A stretch of DNA of 64,000 bases, taken from the NCBI GenBank assembly GCA_964016885.1, contig OZ024755.1:2108001-2172000 (forward strand). The letters are read 5' to 3'. Position 1 is the stretch's first letter; each line of letters begins with the position of its first letter. Positions 27,192 to 41,476 of the stretch are shown piece after piece. The translations under genes and the position numbers were made by a program. The notes beneath the pieces are model-generated. The model saw only the letters and a list, made by a program, of their open reading frames with translations. It searched no databases and was not told where the DNA came from. The stretch is from Eledone cirrhosa. Taxonomy: Eukaryota.

Positions 27192-27503
27192 GCTACTGTT
27201 GTTGGTGTTGTTGTTGTTGCTACTGTTGTTGCTGTTGTTGTTGTTGTTGCTACTGTTGTTGTTGTTGTTGATATTTTAAAATTCATTCACTGCTGCACTG
27301 TTGTAATTGCTGTTGTTGTTGTTGTTGTTGTTGTTGATGTTATTGTTGTCGTTGTCGTTGTTGTTGTTGTTCTTCTTCTTCTTCTTTGCTTCTTCTTTTA
27401 ATGTCGTACTTTAAAATTCATTCGCTGGTGTTTTCATCGTTGTTACACAGCTGATATTATTGTTATTTTTATTATTGCTATTGTTGTTGTTGTAGATATT
27501 ATT

Positions 27504-27539
<36 letters not shown>

Positions 27540-27932
27540 CTCTGTTTGTTCTTTTAATGTTGCAAGATGTTATTTATACTGCTGCAGTAACCCTTGTTGT
27601 TGTTACTGTTGTTGTTATTGTTGTTGTTACTGTTGTTGTTACTGTTGTTGTTACTGTTGTTGTTACAGTTGTTGTTATTGTTGTTGTTACAGTTGTTGTT
27701 ATTGTTGTTGTTACAGTTGTTGTTATTGTTGTTGTTACAGTTGTTGTTATTGTTGTTATTGTTGTTTGAAGGCAGTTTACACGTTAAACATGTAAATTAC
27801 ATGTTTAACTGGGGAAAAAGAGATTACATGTCCCTATGTTTAACTGCAGTACTGCCATCAGATATTAAGGTACAACCACACGCACCGACACACTCAGTAG
27901 CAACATATGTATATATAATACGTATATATATA

Positions 27933-27969
<37 letters not shown>

Positions 27970-27985
27970 CGTGTATCTATCTATA

Positions 27986-28024
<39 letters not shown>

Positions 28025-28353
28025 GTGTGTTTGTGTATACACAGACACACACACACTCTCTCTATATATATATATTTATTGAGAGAGAGAGAGAAACGGA
28101 GATAGAGAAACGGAGATAGATGCATATATATACATATATAGTACATACATACACACATACATATACACATATATACATGTGCTCACATTATCTTCCGTAC
28201 ACACACATTAACAGATACAATGCACTATCACGTTTTAAAACACACACACAAACATACTCACACATAAAAAGCCTGTATTTATAAAACGAAATTATATAGC
28301 CCACACATATATACGCACGTATACACGCACACACTCACTCACTCACATATATC

Positions 28354-28384
<31 letters not shown>

Positions 28385-28608
28385 ACACTCACTCACATAT
28401 ATCTACACACACAAAGATACACATTCAATCACATATATCCACACATACATACACACACACACTCACACATATATCCACACACACACACATACACACATTC
28501 AATCACATATATCCACACATATATACACACACACATACACACACATTCAATCACACTGGTAAATATTTTCAAATATGTGACATTACATATTTATCGACAT
28601 TAACCCAG

Positions 28609-28639
<31 letters not shown>

Positions 28640-28747
28640 ATCTACCTCACTCTCTCTTTCTCTACCTCCTCTCTCCCACTTTCTCTACCTCACTCTCTTT
28701 CTCCCACTCTCTCTACCTCACTCCCTCCTCTCTCTCATTCCTCTCAC

Positions 28748-28798
<51 letters not shown>

Positions 28799-28803
28799 GC
28801 CTC

Positions 28804-28842
<39 letters not shown>

Positions 28843-29658
28843 GCCTCTCTATCTATCTGTCTATCTATCTACCTGCCTCTCTCATATACACAACACAACG
28901 TGTCACTCTTCTATCACACACTCACACCTTGTACTTTTACTCAACATACTCAATGATCGATGTGTCACAAAGAATCACAAAACCATCCATGCCCCCCCCC
29001 CCAAAGACACACACACACACATACACACACACAACACACACACACACTATATATATCTATGTGTGTATCTGTGTGTGTGTATAAGTTTGTTGTTTTTGTG
29101 TGAGAGGCAGAGAAGAGGTAGTACGAAATTGTGAGAAATAAAGTTGCATGTATGCGCATGCGCGTTTGTATAATTGTATGCATGCGTTTCTCCATATATA
29201 TATCTCCATATATATATATATAGTGTGTGTGTGTGTGTGTGTGTGTGTATAAGTTTGTTGCCTTCGTGTGTGTGTGTGTGTGCAATTAAATTAAAACACG
29301 TGCGTAATGTAACGTGTACATTGGACTAAGTATATGTCTAGATTAGTATAGTACTGTATATGTATATGTCCAAGTAACACTAGTGAGGTTGGTGGTTATA
29401 GGGAATTTTTAGTCTTGGGTTGTTGATGGTAACTAGTGGGGTTTTTACTAAAGGTGTCGAATTCATGGCCTCTTTTATGGCATGGTGGTACCAGACCATC
29501 GCCATGGTATGTACCCTAAAGCAGGGATTGAACTCAATACCATAGAGGATATAATAGTCAGTTAAGTCTAAAGGGTTCTAGTTACTTGTTGCATATTGTA
29601 CATCGTTGAAATGGGTGTATATTGTGTATTGGCCATTGGGGTAGTCTGGAAATAGAGA

Positions 29659-29968
29659 AGGCCCCTGGTTTAGTGTCTAAGGTGTTTAGTACAAGACTGG
29701 GAGTTCGATTCCAGGCGGCACGGATTGTCCTTGAGCAAGATACTCTATTTCATGTTAATGCAGTTTACTCATCTTGAAGAACATTAACTGTATCTCTAAT
29801 TCATTGGGTCAGACTTGTCCCAAAATGTTTCAAACTGAATCTTCCTGGGAACTAACGTAAAGGTGCGCGTGCCTCTAGAATGCTTAGACACTTACATGTT
29901 AATTTTACGAGCAGTTTGTTCAGTTGTTCGAACAGCTAGACATCTCGTCGTGGAAACCGACGGAGATC
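29659..29968 (+). mobile_element. CORE-type tRNA SINE family, degenerate
   Basis: A-box tggtttagtgtc, B-box gagttcgattcc, CORE-like tccttgagcaagatact; the 3' end gaaaccgacgga is shared with 59180-59300. Confidence 0.7.
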
Positions 29969-31288
29969 CCTCACATTCTGAAATTGTTAGCCAGAGTATA
30001 ATATGTCTAATATGATATGTGTGATGTAGTTTGCGTATTTACTTAATGACAACCGGTGTAAGATGGTGGTGTGGTGTGGTGAGTGAGGTGCAGTGTTGTG
30101 TGGTGTAGTGTGGTGTGGTGTGGTGAGTGAGGTGCAGTGTTGCACAGTAACGAGGACGAGGTGGGGGAGGTTTTAGGTGCAGTGTTGCACAGTATGAACG
30201 TGGTGTAGTGTAGAGTGGTGCGGTGTGGTGTGGTGTAGTGTGGTGTAGGGTAGTGTGGTATGGTGTAGTGTGGTGTAGTGTTGTGTGGTGTAGTGTGGTG
30301 TGGTGTATTGTGGTGTAGAGTAGTGTGGTGTAGTGTGGTGTAGTGTGGTGTGGTGTAGTGTGGTGTGGTGTAGTGTGGTGTAGTGTGGTGTGGTGTAGTG
30401 TGGTGTGGTGTATTGTGGTGTAGAGTAGTGTGGTGTAGTGTGGTGTAGTGTGGTGTGGTGTAGTGTGGTGTGAAGTGGTGTGCTGTGCTGTGGTGTAATG
30501 TGGTGTAGTGGAGGGTAGTGTGCTGTGCTGTAGTGTAGTATAGTGTGGTGTGGTGTAGTGTGGTGTGGTGTAGTGTAGAGGGGTATGCTTTGGGGAAGGG
30601 TGGTGTGGTGTAGTGTGGTGTGGTGTAGTGTAGAGGGGTATGCTGTAGTGTAGTATAGTGTGGTGTGGTGTGCTGTAGTGTAGGGTAGTGCAGTATTGCG
30701 CAGTATAAACATAGTGCAAGAGGTGCAGTACAGGGATGACGTGTGATACATTATATTGAAGAAGAGACGTAATTAATAAAATAAAGATTTGATGACGAAG
30801 GCAGCGACGGGGATAATGAAAGAATATAAAAAAATAATTCATAACAGTTAATGAGGCCCCCCACCACCACTACTACCACCACCACCACCACTACTATCGT
30901 TACCACCACCATCACCACCACCACCACCATCACTATCACCAACACCACTACCACCACTACCATCATCACCGTCACCACACAAAAAAGATCTACAAGTACA
31001 ACCTCTCAAATCAACATCGAAACAAACAACAACACGCATGCGCAATTACAATAAGATTAACTATGACAACAGCAACAGCAACAAAAACAATTTTTCTGAA
31101 AAAATCAGGAAGTTTTGATATGACTTGAATTTTGTCTTTTTCTTTTTTCTATTTTTTCTCCTTATCCCCCCTCCTCTCCCTCTAATTCTACTCTTCTTTT
31201 TCTATATCTCTTTCTTCTTCTAAATGATTACCCTTCTTCTTCTTCTTCTTCTTCTTCTTCTTCTTCTTCTTCTTCTCATTATTATTAT

Positions 31289-31393
31289 TTCAAATCCCGC
31301 CGAGGTTAACTTTACCTTTCATCCTTACGGGGTCGATAAAATACAGTACCAGTAATGCACTGGGATAATTGCTGGCCTTGTGCCAAAAATAGA

Positions 31394-31443
<50 letters not shown>
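31289..31443 (+). mobile_element. SINE family A (short form), 5'-truncated, with (TTA)n tail
   Basis: ttcaaatcccgccgaggttaac...ggggtcgataaaatacagtaccag...tggccttgtgccaaaaatagaa(tta)n. Confidence 0.9.
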
Positions 31444-31659
31444 CCATTTACTTCTTTGTCTTCGTCTTCTTCCCCTTCTTTTCCTCTTCCCTCCCTCCCC
31501 CGCCCCCTCCCAATAGTGATATATACACAATATAATGTAGACATGTTTTCTTGTTTAATTATCTGTATTGTTTTGCTGTTTTCTTCTGTTTGTTGTTTTT
31601 CTGTTATTCCTGTGTTTTATGTTGCTGTTGTTGTTGTTGCTGCTGTTATATAATTTGTT

Positions 31660-32385
31660 TGTTTGTCGTTTGTATGTATGTATGTATGTTTGTATGTATG
31701 TTTGTATGTATGTTTGTATGTATGTTTGTATGTGTGTTTGTATGTATGTATGTATGTATGTTTGTATGTATGTTTGTATGTATGTATGTATGTATGTTTG
31801 TTTGTATGTTTGTATGTATGTATGTTTGTATGTGTGTTTGTATGTATGTATGTTTGTTTGTATGTATGTATGTATGTATGTATGTATGTATGTATGTATG
31901 TATGTATGTATGTATGTATGTTTGTTTGTATGTATGTATGTATGTATGTATGTTTGTATGTTTGTATGTTTGTTTGTATGTTTGTATGTATGTATGTTTG
32001 TATGTGTGTTTGTTTGTATGTTTGTATGTATGTATGTATGTATGTATGTATGCATGTATGTTTGTATGTATGTATGTTTGTATGTATGTATGTTTGTATG
32101 TGTGTATAAACATACACACATACAAATGTATGTATGTATGTTTGTATGTTTGTATGTGTGTTTGTATGTGTGTTTGTATGTATGTGTGTTTGTATGTGTG
32201 TTTGTATTTATGTATGTTTGTCGTTTGTTTGTATGTATGTTTGTATGTATGTATGTATGTTTGTTTGTATGTATGTATGTATGTTTGTATGTATGTATGT
32301 ATGTTTGTATGTGTGTATGTATGTATGTTTGTCGTTTGTATGTGTGTTTGTATGTATGTATGTTTGTCGTATGTTTGTGTGTCTT
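31660..32385. repeat. (TATG/TTTG)n tetranucleotide tract
   Basis: Seen directly. Confidence 0.95.
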
Positions 32386-32481
32386 TGTCTTATTGTCATT
32401 TAACGATGATATAAATAAGACGAACGGAACAGGAAATTAGAAGCGAAAAGTTAAAAAAAGTTGCAGCTTGTCTGTTGCACT

Positions 32482-33025
32482 TGCTGCTGTTGTTGCTGCA
32501 CCAATGTGGTTCTGCTGCTGTTGTTGCACCATTGTAGTGCTGCTGCTGCTGTTGCTGCACCAATGTGGTTCTGCTGCTGTTGTTGCACCATTGTAGTGCT
32601 GCTGCTGCTGTTGCTGCACCAATGTGGTTCTGCTGCTGTTGCTGCACCAATTAGTTGATGCTGTTGCTGCACCGATGTAGTGCTGCTACTGTTGTTGCTG
32701 CACCATTGTAGTGCTGCTGCTGCTGTTGCTGAACCAATGTGGTGCTGCTGCTGCTGTTGCTGCACCAATTAGTTGCTGCTGTTGTTGCACCAATGTAGTG
32801 CTGCTACTGCTGTCGTTGCTGCACCATTGTAGTGCTGCTTCTGCTGTTGTTGCTGCACCAATGTAGTGCTGCTGCTGTTGTTGCTGCACCAATGTGGTGC
32901 TGCTGCTGTTGCTGCACCAATGTAGTGCTGTTGCTGTTGCTGCTCCAATGTAGTGCTGCTGAAGTTGCTGCTGCATAAATCTGATGCTGATGCTGTTGCT
33001 GCACCAATATAATTATGCTGCTGCA
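32482..33025. repeat. GCTGCACCAATGT minisatellite with (GCT/GTT) spacers
   Basis: About 16 units of tgcacca(a/t)tgt separated by triplet runs. Confidence 0.9.
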
Positions 33026-33407
33026 CAGATTCACCAATAACGCAACAGGAGGAACATTTGGTATGGTAGGGGGGGTATGGATAGTGGGGGAGGGGAAGTA
33101 AAAGTTAGGGAATAAAAGGGAGGGAAAGAAGTGGTGGAGGGGGGTGATTGAAGTTTAGGGAGAGAGAAAGGAGAGAGAGAGAGGTGGGAACTGGAGTGGA
33201 AGAAATTAGAGACGGAGATGTGGTTTAAAAGAGAGGAATGAGAGTGGGAGAGGGGGTGGTAGAGGGAGATGGGGTTAAAGAGGGAGTGGGGGAGGGAGGG
33301 GGAGAGTGGGTGGGAGTGGGGAAAGGAACAACATAATGACAGATATCAGAAAAAAGAATGTAAGAAAAGTAAAATAGATATTAGGGATCAAAGTATTCAA
33401 TAATGGG

Positions 33408-33546
33408 TTCGACTTTAGGCACAAGGCCAGCAATTTGAAGAGAAGGGGAAAGTTGATTAAATCGACCCATGGTACTTTATTTTATCGACCCTGTATGGAT
33501 GAAAGGCAAAGTTAACCTTGGTTGGGATTTAAAACCAGAACGTAAA
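33408..33546 (-). mobile_element. SINE family A (long form) fragment
   Basis: Carries the extra ggggaaagttgattaaatcgaccc segment. Confidence 0.85.
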
Positions 33547-33767
33547 ATACTCATATGTATATATATACATATATAAATATATGTATATATATACATATAT
33601 AAATATATGTTATGTTTATTGATTTATTACTTTAAATCGAGTCAGGCAAACCATATTGTATTAAGTTAGTATTGTTCAACCTAGTTAACTTTGTCCTTTG
33701 CAGTTGTAACACATGTCTACTTATATCTGTGTACATCTCTCCCAGATATTCAATTATATTATGTTAC

Positions 33768-33866
33768 GGTTAACTTTGCCTTTCATCCTTATGGGAGTCG
33801 ATAAAATAAAGTACCAGTAATACACTGGGTAATTGCTGGCCTTGTGCCTAACGTAGAAATAATTAT
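33768..33866 (+). mobile_element. SINE family A (short form) 3' half
   Basis: ggttaactttgcctttcatccttatgggagtcgataaaataaagtaccag. Confidence 0.9.
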
Positions 33867-33986
33867 GTTACACGGCTCGAAAGATTTCTTTCTTTGACCT
33901 ATTTAATTGTAAAAGACTATTTTGAGTTTCTAACTCAATGTATGATATATATATATATATATATCCAGGGAGTGTAACTAATCCAG

Positions 33987-34072
33987 GGTTCTGACGAGCC
34001 GTGGATTACAGAGTCGGGCTAGATCGATACAGATCGAACCTTGAGCTGATCAGTGGCGAAACGCGCGTCACC
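33987..34072 (+). ncRNA. Type I hammerhead ribozyme (HH3) with long stem II; element 33965-34121 in (TA)n
   Basis: GGU-U-CUGACGA-GCC(54 nt)GGC-GAAAC-GCGC-GUC|ACC; AATAAA at 34077; palindromic GCGC loop III typical of dimeric minimal hammerheads. Confidence 0.8.
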
Positions 34073-34244
34073 AACCAATAAACGTAATGAAGAGTAACCA
34101 ATCGTCCTTGTTTTATTTTACTATATATATATATATATATATTATGTGTATATAAATAAAACTTCAAGAGAACCTAACCCAGAGTAACACTAGCATGCAC
34201 ACTCATACACACATATATCTCCCAACACACAGACACGCACAAAC

Positions 34245-34315
<71 letters not shown>

Positions 34316-34715
34316 CTAACATCTCACCTGCACCATAACTATAACTATCAGTAACAGAATAACACCAACACTACCAACTATTGTACGAAACTATACTGAA
34401 GTATATCTATCAATTACAACACCCCCAACCATTCTTATTATCTACCCACCCTCCCCAAATACTTTCTAAAACCAACAAACAAACAAGTAAAACCAAATCA
34501 TTTCTTTCCTTAAAAAAATAACGATCTATAGCTACCATATGCTGAAGGAAATGGGAAGGTTTTCGCTGAAAATCTCTTGAAGGATCTTTCAGTAAGATTT
34601 ACTATTCGCCCCCATCACCGACACCGCCATCACTAAACCTCGTATTTTTCTTACACTGTGTTGCACCGCCATCACTACCCGTGTCATGTTTGTTCAGTTG
34701 AGACTGCTGCTACTG

Positions 34716-34751
<36 letters not shown>

Positions 34752-34769
34752 ACTACTACTACTACTACT

Positions 34770-34801
<32 letters not shown>

Positions 34802-34895
34802 TTGCTGTTACTACTACTACTACTACTTCTACTACTGCTACTACTACTAGCACTATTACTACTACTACTACTTCTACTACTGCTACTACTACTAG

Positions 34896-34939
<44 letters not shown>

Positions 34940-35049
34940 GCACTACTACTGCTACTACTATATATGGGTGGTATCACATGTAAATTCAAAAGACAACTAT
35001 ATACAACGAGTACAACATATAATGACAGAAATAGCGGGACTAATGACAC

Positions 35050-35385
35050 ACAGACAGACAGACAGACAGGCAGTCAGGCAGACAGACAGACAGACAGACA
35101 GACAGGCAGTCAGGCAGGCAGACAGACAGACAGACAGGCAGGCAGTCAGGCAGACAGACAGACAGACAGACAGACAGGCAGTCAGGCAGACAGACAGACA
35201 GACAGACAGGCAGTCAGGCAGACAGACAGACAGACAGACAGACAGGCAGTCAGGCAGACAGACAAACAGACAGACAGACAGGCAGTCAGGCAGACAGACA
35301 GACAGACAGACAGACAGGCAGTCAGGCAGGCAGACAGACAGACAGACAGGCAGGCAGTCAGGCAGACAGACAGACAGACAGATAC
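35050..35385. repeat. (GACA)n/GGCAGTCAGGCA compound repeat
   Basis: Seen directly. Confidence 0.9.
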
Positions 35386-35583
35386 ATAGACACACGTACA
35401 CCTATAAACAGTTACACACATACACCACTCCTATATACACATTAGTACCCTAAATACACAAACATGGGAATGCACTCAGTCGCACACACACAAATACACA
35501 TACACACACACATACACACGCACATAGCCACACATACATCTAAACACACACGTACACATACATACATACATACATACATACAC

Positions 35584-35618
<35 letters not shown>

Positions 35619-35699
35619 TATATGTATATATACATGTATATACAAACACATACATACACACATATACATACATACATACACATACATACATACTTACAT

Positions 35700-35745
<46 letters not shown>

Positions 35746-36112
35746 GTGTGTATATACAAACACATACATACACACACATACATACATACATACTTACATA
35801 TACATACATATATATATATATGTTTGTGTGTGTATATATACAAACACATACATACACACACATACATACATACATACTTACATATACATACATATATATA
35901 TATATATGTGTGTGTGTGTATATACAAACACATACATACACAAGCAGATGCAAGGAAAAGAGAAGAAATGTGTATCTATCTGCTAAAGTAAATATTTTTG
36001 CTGGACATTGAGGAATGATAGAACGGTGGGGGAGTCTAACTTCTGGCTTTTACATTTGAAGAAACGGCGTAGTAGTAGTAGTAGCAGCAGTAGTAGTAGT
36101 AGTAGCAGCAGC

Positions 36113-36171
<59 letters not shown>

Positions 36172-36178
36172 CAGCAGC

Positions 36179-36222
<44 letters not shown>

Positions 36223-36476
36223 CAGCAGTAGTAGTAGTAGTAGTAGCAGTAGCAGTAGTAGTAGTAGCAGCAGCAGCAGTAGTAGTAGCAGTAGTAGTAG
36301 TAGTAGTAGTAGCAGTAGTAGTAGTAGTAGATGTTGTTGTTACTGTTGTAAACGCCCAAATATTAACGACAGTGTATGACTAAGAAACCAGTGCAGTCTA
36401 TACGGAGTCTTGACAGCAATGGACAAATGCTGAGAAGTATTCAGGCTCTGTACATACTGAGATCCATACCTCCCGG

Positions 36477-36768
36477 CAGGGCCGGATTTAATTGTGGATG
36501 GAGGGAGATTGCAACTGCCTCGGGTCCCTTGCAATACGGGTCACCACTAGCCCTCGCCGTAACAATTTATCTGTGCCCTCTGCTGGGCTTTTTAGTTTAA
36601 GGATGGTGAGAGTTCTTGAATTTAATATTTCAATTCCAATTACTTGCACCAAGCTAACTTTGATATGTAAAATTGTGGGGTTGCTGTGTATTCTAATTGT
36701 TTGTGTATGTGGGGTCCCACAAAACCTGAAGTTCCCAGGGCCCCCACCAAGGTCTAAATCCAACTCTG
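36477..36768. mobile_element. hAT-type MITE (292 bp) nested in a family A SINE
   Basis: TIRs CAGGGCCGGATTTA / TAAATCCAACTCTG (11/14 match); SINE head-like sequence upstream and gatcgataaataaagtac...ctggggttgat downstream; TSD not clearly preserved. Confidence 0.65.
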
Positions 36769-37670
36769 CCTTGAAGGATCGATAAATAAAGTACTACTAA
36801 AGTTCTGGGGTTGATATGATGTCTTCATGTCTTCTTACCAGCATCGTTAAATACACCAGCAATAACAACAGCAACAACAACAATAGCAACAGTCGCAACA
36901 GTAACAGCAACATTAGCAACAGTCGCAATAGTAACAACAGCAGCAACAACAACTGCAGCAGAACCAGCAGCAGCAATATCAACAGCAACAATAGCAACTG
37001 CAGCAATAGCGACAGCAGCAATAGCAGCAATTGCTAATAGCAACAACAGCAACAGCAGCAATAGCAACAACAACAGCAGCAACAACAACTGCAGCAGAAC
37101 CAGCAGCAGCAATATCAACAGCAACAATAGCGACAGCAGCAATAGCAGCAATTGCTAATAGCAACAACAGCAACAGCAGCAATGGTAACAGCAACAGTAG
37201 CACCAGCGCCAGCAACAACAGCAACATTAGCAACAGTAGCAACAGCAACAGCAACAACAGCACCAGCAACAACAACAATAGCAACAATATCAACAGCAAT
37301 AGCGACAGCAGCAATAGCGACAGCAGCAATAGTAACAGCAGCAATAACTGACAGCAACTGCTGCTGTCAGTTATTACCTCCCCTATACTTAAACCCTGCA
37401 CCATATTTATACAATTGCATGCTTTGTCTCTTTCTTTTTTTTGTTTTCGTTTCGCAACCATGCATGAACTGCAGTAATGCTGCATCTAATGCTGCAGTAT
37501 AAGAGAATTCACACACACTCACACACACACTTGAAGGCACAAACATGTATTTATGTATATATATATATATATATATATATACATACATCTGCATTGTTGA
37601 TGCTTCCAAATCGACCTAAAGAAAATATATCTTATTATTCCACAATGCTTCAAGCAAACTTCAATACTCT

Positions 37671-37756
<86 letters not shown>

Positions 37757-37759
<3 letters not shown>

Positions 37760-37883
37760 CAAAGGAATTGTGGTAAGGAACCAGATGGACCATAACGCAC
37801 CAGAGTACTCAATACTTAGGGTAGTAGAGTCCAGAAATAGCCGTCGAAACGGCTTGAGCTCTGCCGTCGGGGTCATACTTTTT

Positions 37884-37888
<5 letters not shown>
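37757..37888. mobile_element. Family C pseudo-LTR fragment with hammerhead 3' half
   Basis: gtc-GAAAC-GGC-ttgagctct-GCC-GTC|GGGGTC at 37846-37874; nearly identical to 63814-63953; between (TA)n runs. Confidence 0.7.
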
Positions 37889-37926
<38 letters not shown>

Positions 37927-37928
<2 letters not shown>

Positions 37929-37973
37929 TCTGAAGATCCCATTAAGGATGAAAGCAGCGATTCTTTGCTTAAG
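37927..37973 (+). ncRNA. Hammerhead ribozyme candidate (HH4)
   Basis: CUU-CUGAAGA-UCC(CAUUAA)GGA-U-GAAA-GCA(9 nt)UGC-UU|AAG; AATAAA at 37991; stem I cut short by (TA)n. Confidence 0.55.
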
Positions 37974-38539
37974 CTTTAATCTGTTATTTTAATAAATATT
38001 TGCTCTATGGTTTTTATATATTTGATATGTATTTATCCTTATCGAGCCCTCTTTGGATTTTAGTCTTCATATTTATTATTATTACTATATATATATTCAA
38101 GAATTTGGAAAAATTTACTGAAAATTTAACAAATTTTCTAATGAGAAAATATCAAAGATGGTTTTAAAAGTTTCTGAAAATGTGATAGTGTGTGTTGGTT
38201 CTAAAACTAAATTGGTAGATATCGTCTGCACTAAGTCGTTCACCTCTTGGTCCCAGCTCCTATATGAAACTAATAGACATCCTTAAATATATTTATGAAA
38301 GAAGGTCTTTACATAAAATAAACAGTTTTATATCAGAGAACCATGGACGGTTTCAGGTAACTTGCTATCAAGTGTTAATAGAGAAGGTAATATAGCTATC
38401 AAAATATGATTTAGTCATCATTTTTATTGTTATTATTTCTTCTTGTTGTTGTTGCTGCTTTTGGTTTTGGGGGTGCAAATTGTCTAAGAATTACTGTCTT
38501 GAAATACTTACGTCCCACCACCTCCACAAACACCAGCAT

Positions 38540-38740
38540 TTAGGTGGATTCTATCAACTCTATGTCCTCCCCACCACCACATATACTAAGGTGAATTCTA
38601 TCAATTCTTTGTCCATACACCACCACTAAGGTAGATGTTTAGCTCTAAATCCTCACCCAACACCTCTACTAAGGTAGACGTTTAGCTCTATATCCTCCCC
38701 CACCACTTATACTAAGGTGGGTGTTTAGGTCTATATCCAT
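38540..38740. repeat. Degenerate minisatellite, about 40-47-bp unit, x5
   Basis: actaaggtagatgtttagctcta..tcctccccaccac. Confidence 0.75.
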
Positions 38741-39491
38741 AGCAGAGATCAAAATTAATATCTGTCGTGTCAAAAGTCTAATTAATAATATTCTCTCGTA
38801 ATTGTATGATTCATGTCTACTGTTGGAAGATTAAGAAGACATTAAAGGAAATATTCGGGTGTATGTGTGTGTGTGTGGAGGGGGGGGGGGGCTTACTTTC
38901 ACTTCAGAATGAAACTAAGCAACTCACAAGAGAAAGAAAGACTGGAAGAATTAAGACAGAGATTTAAGAAAGGGGGGGAGTAAAACATGGGGTAGCTGGT
39001 GGTGGAGTGGAGAGGGTGGTGGTGGGGGAGTGTAGTTTGAGGGAGGTGTTGGAGGATGGGTGTTGGGGGGGTGGTGTTGGAGGAGTGGTGTTGGGTAGAA
39101 GATAGAGAAGTTTCAATCTCCTTATTTTTGTTTTGCCTCGTTGCTTTGAAAAGAAATATAAGAAATAAGACGAAAAGGAAGGGGTGGATGGTGTGGTGGT
39201 GGGAGGGAGGGAAGGGTGGAGGTGGAAGGGAGGGATGGTGTGAGTGGTTGTGATGTTAGACTTTATGTACCTCTAGAGAAAGGGACTGAGAATGCATACA
39301 TATACATACTTACACACGTACACATACACACATATACACGCATATATATATATATATATGTAGATATATGTGTATGTATATATTTATATATATATATATA
39401 TAGGTATACATATTTAAATATATACATATGTATATATGTAGATATATATCTATATACATATATATATATATATATATACACTCACACACAC

Positions 39492-39546
<55 letters not shown>

Positions 39547-39570
39547 GTATATTTATATAAATATATATGC

Positions 39571-39652
<82 letters not shown>

Positions 39653-39858
39653 AAGTAGACAGATAGATAGATGGATGGAGAGGCTACAGGGTTTTTTTCT
39701 TTGAACATCCGGTCCTTTTTTTATCGCTACATTAAATGGAGTCGATGATGAAGAGAAGGGTTGGTGCTAACCCATAAATCTGCTGAACGGGAGTGAGTGT
39801 GGGAGTACATGGATATGGTGGGGATTTTGAGTTATGGACGAGATCTAGTTGTTCCTAC

Positions 39859-39936
<78 letters not shown>

Positions 39937-40187
39937 TTATATATATGGCTCACACATGCAAACACCTACATACACACTGACAGACGAAAGCTTTTTTTAC
40001 AATCCCAAAAGGTACTGTGATACACACACATAAACACAAAAAAGCACAAACACGTGTATATATATATATATATGTATAAGAGGTGGCGTGTGTGTGTGTG
40101 TTTTATTGTGTATGTGAGTATCTGTATGGCTATATTTATATAAACACAGACACAGACTCACAAATCTATCTATATTTCTACATATCC

Positions 40188-40252
<65 letters not shown>

Positions 40253-40306
40253 TATATATAAATATACATCTGTGCATGTGTATGTTTATGCATATATATA
40301 TATACG

Positions 40307-40358
<52 letters not shown>

Positions 40359-40544
40359 AAAATAAAAATAAATATATATATATATACGTATGTATATATA
40401 TATAGATATATATACATACGTACGTGTGTGTGTAGACATACATCTTCGATGAAAGATTTGAAGCAGGTTGAGCATGTCTGCATGCATGATATGTGCAGGC
40501 AAGCAGCAACCTTCTAAATGTTGTCGAATGATTCAGCGGCAATG

Positions 40545-40601
<57 letters not shown>

Positions 40602-41258
40602 TATATGTGTGTGGATGTGTGTGTGTACAAGCATATACATAAATACCGTACATATACATATACAAGTATATATATATATATAAGAAAACATTATTGTTCA
40701 TTACTCTAAGCTCCTTTGGCCGTTTCCCGAAGCCCTTTTTACTGCCTCTCGTTTATTCCCCGAACAAGAACTCTACCGAAATGTCGGAATGTATTTCATC
40801 TCTCAGTACACTAAATTATTCTTCTTTGTGAACTTTCAATGTCCATTGTACTATCTCTACTGTCCCAGATATAGCATTTATACGTTTTTACATTTTTAGA
40901 GGTTTCATTCCTTGCTGGAGCACATTTCAAGGGATATATATAGACGTCCATATCTGGCAGATCCTTCTTTGCTTCAAGGAATATCAATTATTTTAGTCTG
41001 TAGCCTAATTTTTCGATATGTTTATCTTAGTGACAATTTACCGAGCATAAAGCCCCACAACACCTGTTTCTGGTGCAAATGTAAACACAGTGCATACACA
41101 CATATAAGTATATACGCATGAATATATATATCACATATATATATGTGTGCGTGTGTGCGTGTGTGTGTATGGGTGTGTGTGTATACATGAATATACATAT
41201 TGCATTATACTAAATACATCACTAGCAATCTCCATCTATCTATGTATCCAGCTATCTA

Positions 41259-41327
<69 letters not shown>

Positions 41328-41360
41328 AAAATAATTGAAGCAAGTTACTCACTTAAATAA

Positions 41361-41427
<67 letters not shown>

Positions 41428-41443
41428 GTGTATATATATATAC

Positions 41444-41476
<33 letters not shown>

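Noticed and set aside
23398-27286. 665-aa poly-Val and 435-aa poly-His/Thr ORFs (mucin-like on the other strand)
   Set aside because: Stop-free only because of ACA/ACC/GGT composition
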